This document shows positions 50,268-61,610 of a DNA stretch of 64,000 nucleotides, one piece after another. The stretch's first letter is position 1; each line of letters begins with the position of its first letter. The position numbers and the translations under genes are program-made. The stretch is from Bispira polyomma (taxonomy: Eukaryota): positions 31,496,001 through 31,560,000 of the forward strand of contig OZ287757.1 in assembly GCA_965649765.1 (NCBI GenBank), given 5' to 3'. The notes under the pieces are model-generated. The model ran no database searches and was not told the DNA's origin. It worked only from the letters and a program-made list of their open reading frames with translations.

Positions 50268-51281
50268 ATGGAATTAATGATGCTATGCTTTGTTTCAGGG
50301 CACAGGCTCCTTGAGAAGCTGGGTGCACAGGCTAATACAAGGTTGAAATCTGCCTTCAGACCAAAGACACAGAGCTCCTACACACAGCAATTTAGAACTT
50401 TTGTGGCTTTTTGCGTGCATGTGAACGTGCATTTGCAGGCAATGTCTGTACAATGCATAATGTCTTTTCTGGAGTTTCTGATGTTTAATAACATATCAAG
50501 CCAAATGATGGCGAATTATCTCTCAGCTATAAAGGCTAATTTCACAATGCTGGGCCTTTCTGTGGTCCCCTTTCAGCATAACAAAATAAAGTATTACTTA
50601 AAAGCTGTAAAAAGGAATAGACCATTGTCGGTCACAAGACATAATATATTAGATATAGAGATGCTAACAAACATCATATCCCTTTGTGATAGCTTCAAAC
50701 TGGGCGTGGTCTTTAAGGCGGTTTTTCTGACTGCCTTTTTTGGCTTTCTGCGCATTTCGAATCTAGCACCACATTCTGTGGCTGCCTTTGACAGAACTAG
50801 GCACTTAACCCCAGCTGATCTATTCTTTACAGGCGACTCTGTCAAACTACTTATAAAATGGACCAAAACTCTGCAAAATAGGGATAAAGTGCACATCCTT
50901 ACTCTCCCAAAGCTTTCTAATCATAAACTTTGCCCATACAAGGCCTTAAAACACTTGCTGAAACTATGCAAACCACTCAGATCAGAACCCTTATTCCAGT
51001 TTGAATCCTGTCATCAGTGGCAGGTGCTTACTGATACACGTATACGTAAAGTTCTAGCAGCAATAAATGTAAAAATGGGTTTGGCACCAAACCACTTTAC
51101 TTTTCACACATTCCGGCGTTCGGGTGCCTCGTTTGCTTATAATTCAGATATATCGATACAACAAATCCAGCAGCATGGCACTTGGACGTCGGACTGTGTC
51201 TGGACATACATCCATGGGGATGCCACCATGAGTGAGAATGTTGCTAAATCCCTGCAGACTACACTAAATGCGATGATGTGA
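50268..51281 (+). CDS. Tyrosine recombinase (phage-integrase family)
   Basis: 337-aa ORF with the full catalytic set: FLRISN (R), HTFRR (HxxR), HGTW, VWTYI (Y). Confidence 0.95.
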   Translation: MELMMLCFVSGHRLLEKLGAQANTRLKSAFRPKTQSSYTQQFRTFVAFCVHVNVHLQAMSVQCIMSFLEFLMFNNISSQMMANYLSAIKANFTMLGLSVVPFQHNKIKYYLKAVKRNRPLSVTRHNILDIEMLTNIISLCDSFKLGVVFKAVFLTAFFGFLRISNLAPHSVAAFDRTRHLTPADLFFTGDSVKLLIKWTKTLQNRDKVHILTLPKLSNHKLCPYKALKHLLKLCKPLRSEPLFQFESCHQWQVLTDTRIRKVLAAINVKMGLAPNHFTFHTFRRSGASFAYNSDISIQQIQQHGTWTSDCVWTYIHGDATMSENVAKSLQTTLNAMM

Positions 51282-51405
51282 TTACCCTACGTTTCATTGG
51301 GCTTTGAGGGTTCTTCTAATGTTAATTGGTATGGTCTTATACGTATACATGTCATTTAAGTACTTATGTAATATAACTATGGTGAAGGTGACAGTAACAT
51401 GGCTC

Positions 51406-51618
51406 TAAGGTCGCCTAAACAGGTTAAGATAACCTTAAACTAATTAAGGTCACCGCTCGATGGTGAACCAATTTTTGAACATAAGTTAAGGTAACCTTAA
51501 TGTGGTGTAAAGTGTAATTTAAGGTCACCTGACGTTGGTGACCTAGTTTGAAGTGACAATAGTCAAGTTAAGTTCACCTCAAACTGGTTGTGTAAAATTA
51601 AGGTCATCTTAGATGGTG
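51406..51618. repeat. Array of TTAAGGTNACCTTAA palindromes in the E4 3' region
   Basis: Copies at 51406, 51424, 51444, 51486 (perfect), 51519, 51568 and 51598. Confidence 0.8.
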
Positions 51619-52244
51619 ATTGTATGGTATAATGTAAGCTTGTATAATCTTGTATAACCTGGTGTGATATGTAAATAAATAGTAGTCATAACGTTTGTAT
51701 ATAATAAAAGAGTACCCGCAATCATGCGCTTGTTTATGACTTCGGCTTGGGGAGGTGGGGACTGAACAGTATGACAGCATACAATACTCTAATACAATTG
51801 CAACTTGTAACATTTTTACCACCAAAACATATAGAAAAACTACATGACTTGGAGAAAATGAACAGTTTTCAAAGTCCTATTCCTGTGTACTAGAGGGGGT
51901 TGGCTACAAGTGCAGTTACCAGGGTGCAAGATGAAAAAAAAATATTTTCATCTTTCTCTGTGCTAAAGCTAATATCGATAAATATGTAGCAGAGAGGCTA
52001 CTGTTGGACCATTTTTGTCATTTATTTGTGCTTGAAAATTAGTCAGGAACAAGACCAGAATATATATAAAACTACACAAGTTTGCAAACAAAGGGGGTAA
52101 GGCTTTAGTGTTGCATTTTTGTATAACAAATATATTTAAAAAGACTACAGGTACAGTTAGAGCAGTGCAATAAGAATTCTACCTCTGTCAGCACAAGAAC
52201 TAATACTAAATAAAGCTTCTTATTGCTTTCATTAGGGCTTAGAA

Positions 52245-52497
52245 TTTGAATTTGGGTATTTTTACGTCCACTCTAGTATCTTTTAGTAGGTTATATTGGG
52301 ACGGGTAGTTGGAAATGCTGGAGGAAACACTGCATACAGTCGGTCAAGGTTCTGCACTGAAACCAGCGGCCCACAGTAAGGAACTACTACCTTTCCCACA
52401 TAGGCATCGACGGGATTCGAACTCACGCCGCCCAGAGGTGAGAGACCAGTGATTGTGAAGCGCAATGCTTGCTAACCACTAGGCCACCACGGCCCCC
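52245..52497 (-). mobile_element. tRNA-derived SINE, family 1 copy f
   Basis: TSD CATTAGGGCTTAGAA at 52230 and 52498; empty paralog at 59681. Confidence 0.93.
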
Positions 52498-54469
52498 CAT
52501 TAGGGCTTAGAAGTAAGATTTATTTGCTGTCTGTTGAAACAAATATTTTCATCATCATAGAAGTAGAGAGACACTTAACAATGGACTTAAAGCTCTCCTT
52601 TTTCAGATCCTTACATAAATTAATAGTAGTGTGGTTTACCAATTAATTACTGAGATGTCATGGATGAAGTTATGGTATCCAATATTATTGATATGTTGCA
52701 TATAAGACAAAATAATAACATAATGTTTACATACAGTGAGCCAAATTTAATGGTAAACTTTGTTCTGTACAATGTGACTTTTTTGCCCTGTTTGAATTGA
52801 TCTGTACATGTATTTTTTGTGTATTTGTGGTTTTTATAGTGTTTTTGCCGACCCCAAGAAACTGGTCTGTGATACTTATTTGTCATTTATGATTATTTTG
52901 GGGTGTTTAATTTTACACATAATACGTCAGAACATTGAAAAATACAGCCTGGTTCAGGGAGGAAATAAATAATGTTTCATCTGCATCTTTTATTAGGAAT
53001 AAGTAGATTCTGTAACCCAAGCTGTGACATGGAATTTCTGCATTGATTGTAGGACAAAGTTCCAATTTAACGGCTTAGACATAAAAATTAAAGAATTTGT
53101 ACGCTTCTATATAATGTGTATATATGTTTTTACCTGTGAGGAAGCTTGTGTATACTTAGCTAATAACTTGTAAATTGGCAACAAATATGTAGGCAACAAA
53201 TATGTAGGCAACAAATATGTAGTCTTTTTTTTAAGTTGGATCTATTGCAATGTAATTTATGTTCATACCCTTCAGAGCTTGTATCTCACTCATGCCTAGC
53301 TCATCAGACCTGGACTGCTAAAAAGTCATCGACCTTTAGAGTTTTCAAAGTCAATCAAAAATCCAAGTGAGTAACTGTATTTTAACTCGCTTGTGAAGGT
53401 GAGAAGTCTGCTTTATTGGACTGTATATATTATACATCAAATTTTAACCCTTAGGTTGTTGACTAGCAGCTAACGGCATGTATTACTCCTAGAACATATG
53501 TCTATTGGCAAGTAGTTGACACTCCCAAAATATAGTTTTTTTCCTTTAGTTCGTCGCAGTAGGAAATTGTTATTACAGCAAACTCCCTTGTTTACAAAAT
53601 TAATATGTGAAGCAATTATTAAATGAAGCTACTAGTCTGTGGTGGTTTTTTGCGTGAATCCAGCTATCTGTAACCTATTACTTAAAAAATGCCCTACAGT
53701 TCCGAGCAATAGTTTTTTCTTAGGTCAAAAGTGTTAACCCTATTTTACAATATCATTAAAGAACATGATTCTGTGATGTTTCAGAAATGTGTGTCATTCT
53801 TGTTAATTGTGAACCAGCTTGTATATTCTTTTTGGATGCACTTATTGCCACAGGAGTGCAATAATGATTGACTAATTCTTATCAGGTTTCTATCACCCCT
53901 TATATGTTAAATGGTATGGCCCGTATTTACCAATTTTAAAGATTACAACAATGATTGACCAAATTACATCAGGTTTCTATCACCCCTAATATGTTAAATG
54001 GTAGGCCCCGTAATTGCCAATTTTAAAACGGAGCTTTTTATTAAATGGAAACAATAGTCTATTAGGAGAACAAGAGTAGATTTCTCGAAATCATATTCCA
54101 TCTGGAGGGAGGCTATGTTGGCAGTGTCTCGAGTACAGAAAGTTACCTTTTCTATAGCTTAAGTTAAGCAGAAGGATATGTGTCTTTTTGATCTGTGGGT
54201 TCTGGGGTCTGCAAAATCTATTGTCAAAACTTGTTGTTTTGTGTTTTTACCATATTCAGCAATATTGAAAAACTTTAATAGGTAAACAACTTATTATTGT
54301 TGCGATACATTGATTAACTAGTAAACATCGGTTTCAAAATTGTTTTGTGTCATAGTTTCACATATTTACACTTTATCTGTAAATTATCTATAAACTTAAT
54401 ACTCAAGTATGTTTAGGACTTTATGTGTGTGTCCTAGACCACTGTTTTTGGTATTGATAGCAACATTGG

Positions 54470-54600
54470 TTGGTTTCTTATATGATGCTTCTAAGTTGTG
54501 AAATGATCTGTCTCGTTATATTCGCACTGCCTCATCACTTGTTTTAGAAAGAAGCTCAATACCTACCTTTTTAGCAAGGCTTTTCCATCTTAGCCTCCCT
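54470..54600 (+). mobile_element. L2/CR1-group LINE 3' remnant
   Basis: Decayed DASKL*NDL..YIRTASSL..RKKLNTYLFSKAFP* motif. Confidence 0.6.
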
Positions 54601-57600
54601 TACCATTTCCAGCATTGCTACATATGAAATTATGAAAATGATTTTCCTGTCTCATATGCCTTAGAATCTGCTAGTACAAAGGGCAAAGTGCTACAAAAGG
54701 TAAATTAGATTGGTCTCCAGAAATTATTAATCCCACAATACTTCCCCAAGTTAGACTTTGTATTTACAAATATACACATGTTATTGACAAAATAATTGCC
54801 ACCTGTGAATTCTGTTGTAAAGTAACGTTTGCGGCATTCATTTCATAATGGCCTTTCACAAAGAATGTTTGAATCTTGTTGGTTCGTTCAGATGGGAAGC
54901 TTTAACAGGTACTTGCCGTTGGTAGTTAGTGGTTAACAGTGCTTTAGTATCTGTTTCAAACTCTATAAAATCTGGGCAGCCATGATATATGATCTTAGCT
55001 GTTGAAAATAACATAAAACCTAACTAACTAAAGGTAATCTCGTGGTACTCTTTAGAGACAAAATAATTTAATGAATTTCACGAAACTTACTGCAAAACAT
55101 ATGTAAATTACTGGCAGTCTTTTTGAGACCTAAAAGCAAAATATGAACAAAAAATGACTGCTGTCTACTGACATTTGCAAATGCAATTATCAGCCTGACA
55201 CATAACACACAGCTGCCGCCAAGACCGAGCCAAACATAGTACTATGTGGGAGACTGAGAGATGGTACTTCTTCTATTATTGTATTCCTAGGGCCATCTTC
55301 TCCAATGAAACTTTAAGCACAAACTCAGATTATACTTAAGTAAAGGCAATGTTCAAACTCATTAATAAGCATTAAAATAAATATTAAAAAAAATTAAAAT
55401 ACCTGAGTGTTATGACCTCATAACAGATCATACAATGATAATAGTAATTAAACAAAACCCTAATAACAATGTGTTAAGATACAACACCTATTGGGGACTA
55501 AAAGTATCTATAATATTAATATGCAAGTCTGTTTTAGAGCTTGCAGACAACTATTTTTTGTACTGATTGAAAGCTTAGACTTTTTTTCCGAAACGATTAA
55601 TCTGGGAGTATTTTACTCGGTTACACTTTATATTTGCAAATATAAGCATGTTACTTCATTGCCATTCAGGACTTTTGCTATAGTTACTGTCACTGCAACA
55701 CCATTGTATACGTCTTTAGCAAGCGATTATTTACAAGCAAGCTCCACCATGAAACATGTGTATCATAGGCAACGTCTAATTTAGTATTATTCCTCTATTA
55801 CTAGTGCATGTCTGTGTCACAGACATGAGGTATATCAGTTAAAATACCCACATTCCATTTATCAAAGTAGGCAAATGGCGTGTCAATATTTCATCAAATA
55901 ATGTTACCTGCTGGCAATGACAATTTTTATGTTTTACCAAGAAATCAGAATTTTATTTTTTCAATTAAGGTCACGTGATCTAGTTATAATTCCAAACACT
56001 AACTCAATGGAACCAAACTATTAATTTTATTTGGATTTTTTAGAATAATATACTTTCATACTGCAGATATCGACATTTTGTTAACAGGCTGAGATCCTCA
56101 AACTCGATGACCTTGAAAGGTGCTGGAGGATTGATAGGCACACTGGAGAGTTTAAAGTGCCCTTTTCAAGGAAAATCCTTGTCAAATATTGAATGCCCAA
56201 AACAGCTTCCTTATGGGAGAAAGTTTGCTCTGTACTTTTTGTTGGCTGTTGGCAAAAAGAAAAAAAAGTCACCGAAAAAATAACTAAAAAATAGCACTAA
56301 AAAAATGTCATGATAGAGGAACAGCCATAAAAGATATATATTTAAGCTTAGTTGTTGTGGCTTATATTCTTTCTCCGAAAGCCTATTTCAATGACAGTAG
56401 TTTTATATCACGTGGTAACAGACAGATAAATTATCCCTTCGTATCTGCATTATCCTGTCATCATTCATTAGGTTTTAGCTATTAGTTGATTGGCAAAAGT
56501 AGGTCATTCTCTGAGGCAAATATAATACAAAAGACAGTAAATAGGGCAATAATGGACTTAGGGATATGGTATTTTTATGTATTATTAATTATTTATGGTG
56601 ATAAATTATATGTGATAAAAACAATGAAGATCTTGCACTTACACAAAATAACGCCCAGCCATAAATGCCTGATTTTTATTATTATGAAGGGCCAGTTTTA
56701 CTATAAATGTACCTTTGCTTAAATTTACCAGCAACAATCAAATTTATATTTTTTCACTTGGTAAAAGTTTTTTTTACTTTATGCCTATGTTATTTGAAGT
56801 ATTCACTCACTTTTATTTGATTTGGGTATTCGTTCGAATATATACTAAAAGGAAAACAAATATACAAGAAATGGATTTCATTTTCAAACACAACTGTTAA
56901 AAGGCTTACATATTTTGTTCATCAACATTTTTCACTTGTACCTTCCTGGCTCTGTATAAAAGATGGTAAAATGCCAATTATTTTAAACCAAAATATAGAT
57001 CTTTTGAATTTTAAGATACATAAACACAACTGATCTAATGTTCTACACTATTAAAAAATACATACAAAAGTTCTCAACTTCAGTGTTGATGAAAGTTTAT
57101 CTAAAATAGAAAAATGGCATACATATATTATTCACATATTATGGCCATTAAAGTAAAAATAGATTGTTTTACACTAAAATAACCACTGCTTAGTAACAAA
57201 AGGAACCATTTGTGAAAAAAGCTCTAAACTAATTTTATGTACAAATTTACTTATCCATAGACAGACAAGGATTTCCTTTTATAAAGCTTTATTATCCTCA
57301 CCTTTGCTTTTTATCACAGCACACTAAATTACACCAGGGCCATTGAGATATTTCTGTATCTTACAAACACGAGCAGTTTATTTACAAAATTAGTCCGGGT
57401 GATTCTTTTTCTTGGCCCTAGGTTGAGTTTGATTTACTCTTTTTGCACTATTTTCCCTTATAAATATAAACTTTTGAGCGAAAAGTCTTAAATCTACAAA
57501 TAATCAAGACTTCAATAATTCTCTCCTTGAAGTCTCTCTCTTCATGGTAATGCCATCCAGCAAATAACTTTTTAGAGTAACAAAGACATATTGTTTTGGG

Positions 57601-60600
57601 GGATATCTGTCTGTATTGGAACAGACATTTGTCTTTTTATTTTCTGCTTCATCAATTCTGTTTCTGACGGGAAAAGTTAGAAAAATAATGTGGCAAAAAA
57701 AAGAACATTGGACCACTGAAATGGTCTTGAGAAAGGCGTTCTGTGTGCTTTAGAGCTGCTGTCCTTTGAAATTAACACAATATCTTTGGAGTTTTGATTC
57801 ATCACAAAGATCTTATTACATTTTGTTTGCTATAGTAGCACAACTGAACTTACAAATATGAGGTCCAAAGGAACACCGCAAGCAAACATTCATCTGAAAC
57901 CATTGAAACGGTTGTTTACTGGGATCAACAGAATGACCAAAAAAGTGTCAATATAAGAATTGTGGTGATGTATGAAGACAAACTAGAGTTGTTTCAAAAT
58001 ATATGGAATGAAATAGAAAAACAAAATGAAAACTAAAATGTATTTATTTGACGAATATCTTTGTTGACTTACATAAGAAAATGTTGGTAGGCGTTGGACT
58101 GATGACTGACCAGTCATGGATTGGAGTCTCAGCATTTCACAATTTAGGAATGGGCGGGTCTGCCAATGTGGTAATAGGTAAAGTTGATAGAATGGCCTTT
58201 AGCTAGATTGCTGATATACATGTTACCTTTACCTTTTAATGTGTATTTACATGAATCAATACATAGCGACAAAACTGCTAAGATTTTGCTAACTTTTCCA
58301 TTGGAATGAAATATAACTCTTACATAAATATTTTAATTTTTCACACATCAACTGTGTTTCAATATGTGTACCATGAGTAAATTCCCATATGTTAAAATAC
58401 AACATTTTCCAACTTCGAATGGCTTTCATATTCTGAATATCAAAATGTTTACCCAGTAAATGATTAATGTTCCAATTTTAATGTTTGAAGTGACATGACA
58501 CAGGTATATACTTCTATGGTATGATCCTATCCCATAACATATTGTGAACGTCAATGTAATAATTTGGTGGCCAGACTTACCTGCAGTGCCAAAAATGATT
58601 TCAAAAAGGGAGAGGGGGCTGGAGCGGCCTATGATGTGAAATGACATAGCTAACAGGTGGAGAAAGAGCAAACTGTGTGGACTACATAAAATAGCATCAT
58701 AGGGCTATGTGTCTGTCAAGGTTCACGTATCGGGTCTCCTTAATTCTGACGAATTAATAAATAGCACATGACAAAATTTGATAAATGGTGATTTTTACCC
58801 CAAATGAGATGTAGTAACACATAAGAGAAGCCTAAGTGTTTCTGCTATCCGAAAGTTTATGTGAATAGATTTTGTCAAAGTTTATGAAATACCTAAAAAA
58901 TCCAGTGCTTTGGGTGGTCCAAATTGAGTACCAATACCCATATCCATACCCATACCAATATCTATAACAAATGGATAAATATCATATTCACTATGTATCT
59001 GTCCTATTTAGAAGAGGTGTGTCATTGTACAATGTTGGAGATTAGCTGTCAAGCTGTTCTAAATTAGGGTAATCACCAAAAATGCTTAGCAAAGTGCAGG
59101 ATTTCTAGAGGAAATGACTGTCATTATAAAGGCTTCCTAAGTGGGTGGGTGGCTGTTGGTGTAAGGAGTTCTTACACTTCCGATGACACACAAAGTAGAT
59201 CTGCTTTTTGCCTCTTTACTGGGGAGGAAAGACTTATATGGATTGATATTTATCCAAATACTTAAATTCAAAATAATCTCAAAATATGTCCTGAATGTAC
59301 ACAAAATATATTTAAAATGTAACTATAGATTTGACTTCCTCGCTGAACACTCTATTAAAATGAATACTAACATGTCTAGGTTATTCCCATTCACATGGAA
59401 TATCTCTGCATGTGGTATATGAGTTTAGGCATGACTTTGAGATTAAGTTTAGGTGTCCTATAAATACAGCCCTGGGTCATAAGTAAGATAATTTCTTGAT
59501 ATGTTTATTCCTAAATAACCCAAATCTGCAGTACTGGTGTGTATGTATACAGAGAGGGATTGAGTGTAAATAAATTGATGAGGCAAAAAAGGTACAGGTA
59601 CAGTTAGAGCAGTGCTTGGAATATGAATTTTATTTCTGTCAGCACAAGAACTAATATTAAGTAAAGCTTCTTATTGCTTTCACTGGGGCTTAGAAGTAAG
59701 ATTTATCTGCTGTGGTCTGTTGAAAAAAATGTTTTGATCATCAATAGAAATAGAGAGACACTTAGCAATAGACTTAAAGCTCTCTCTTTTGAGATCCTTA
59801 CATTAAATAATCCAAGTGTGGTTTACTAAATAATTACTGAGATGTCATGGATGAAGTTATGGTATCCAATAATATTAATATCTTGCATATAAGACAAAAT
59901 AAAAACAGAATGCTTACATAAAGTGAGCCGAATATAATGGTAAACTTTGTTCTGTACAATGTGACTTTTTTGCCCTGTTTGAATCGATCTGTACCTGTTT
60001 TTTTGTGTATTTGTGGGTTTTAGGGTGTTTTTGCCGACCCCAGGAAACTGGTCTGTGTCACGTATTTGTCATTTATGATAGTTTTGGGTTATTTAATTTT
60101 ACACATAATACGTCAGAACATTGGAATAACAAAGTCTGGTTCAGGAAGAAAATAACTAAGGTTTCATCTGCATCTATAATAAGGAATAAATTGATTCTGT
60201 AACCCAAGCTGTGACATGGGATTTGTGCATTTGTTTAACCGACAATTTGATATGTTGACTGACCATATGATGTGTTTGACTAAGGATATAAATATTTGTC
60301 TGGCTATATAAGATTATGGCCATATTATTTATTTATTATTTAGGGTGTGACATTGCTTTTGTCACGTCTTGTGTCATATCATGACAGTTAGTTTACTATT
60401 GGAGAAAATCTGAAAAGGTTCTGTTAACTCTTGGTAACTTTGATAAGAGCTACATATAACTCATACCAAATCCAGCTTTATTTGAGACCCCAACTTGGCA
60501 ATCTCTTTTCTTTGGAGCATGTACTGCACTCATGCCTAGCTCGACATCCACTTTTTGGCCGAGTTTTCATAGTCAACTAAGATCCTAATGGGCAACTCTA

Positions 60601-61489
60601 GATTTAACTCGCTCGTAAAAGTAAGAAACCTGCTTTATTTTTTATTATACATCAAATTTAACCCTTAGGTTGTCGACTAGCAGTTCCTCGCAGTAAGAAA
60701 TTATTATTACAGCAGACTCTACTGTTTACAAAATTAGATCTGAAGACATTATTGAATGCTGAAAATAGTCTGTGGTGGGTTTTTTGGGTGAATCCAGCTA
60801 TCTATAACCTATTACCTAAAAAATATCCTACAGTTCCAGGCAATAGTTTTCTCTATGGTCGAAAGTGTAATAAATGACATGATTATATGCTGTTTCAGAA
60901 ATGTGTGTCAGTCTTGTTAATTGTGAACCAGCCTTTGTACTTTTTTGTGCACTTATTGCCACAGGGGTGCAATAATGATTGACCAATTCATATTAGGTTT
61001 TTATCACCCCTAATATGTTAAATAGTAGGCCCCTTAATTGCCACTTTTAAAAGTGAGCACTTTATTAAATTGAAACAATGGCCTATTAGGAGAACAAGAG
61101 TGGGTTTCTTTGAAACATATTATATCTGGAGGGAGGCTATGTTTGCAGTGCCTCGAGTATAGGAAATTACCTTTTCTTTAACTTAAGTTTGGCAGTCAGA
61201 TCTGTGTCTTTTTGACCTTTTGGCTCTGTGATTTGCAAAACCAATCTTCAAAAACTATTAGTGGTTTCTCCATATTCAGCAATATTGCAAAAACTTTAAT
61301 GGGTAAAGAACTCATTATTTTTGTAATATATTGCTTAACTTGTTAGCCTTTTCGGGTCATAGTTTTACATATTAACACTTTATCTGTAAATTATCTATAA
61401 AATTAATACTCAAGTATGTTTTAGGAGTTCATGTGTGTCATAGTCCTAAAACTATGGACTGTTTTTGTTATTGATAGCAACATTGGTCA

Positions 61490-61610
61490 GAATGCTCCTA
61501 AGCTGTGAAATAATCTGTCTCATGATATTCGTACTGCCTCCTCACTTGTTTGTAGAAAGAAGCTCAATACCTATCTATTTAGCAAGGCTTTTCCACCATA
61601 GCCTCCCTTA
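61490..61610 (+). mobile_element. L2/CR1-group LINE 3' remnant (duplicate of the 54470 copy)
   Basis: Same decayed motif at the paralogous position. Confidence 0.6.

Larger units (their letters stand above)
46056..51764 (+). mobile_element. YR retrotransposon E4 (Ngaro-like, apparently intact)
   Basis: Three uninterrupted ORFs. Ends fixed by the empty paralogous site at ~37205-37300: the left flank CAATATTATACAACT and right flank CATACAATA..AACT.GTAAC..TTTACCA are contiguous there. Confidence 0.95.

Noticed and set aside
50268-51281. Prophage or bacterial integrase contamination
   Set aside because: The YR is linked to gag and RT/RNase H in four related elements embedded among SINEs and eukaryotic repeats.
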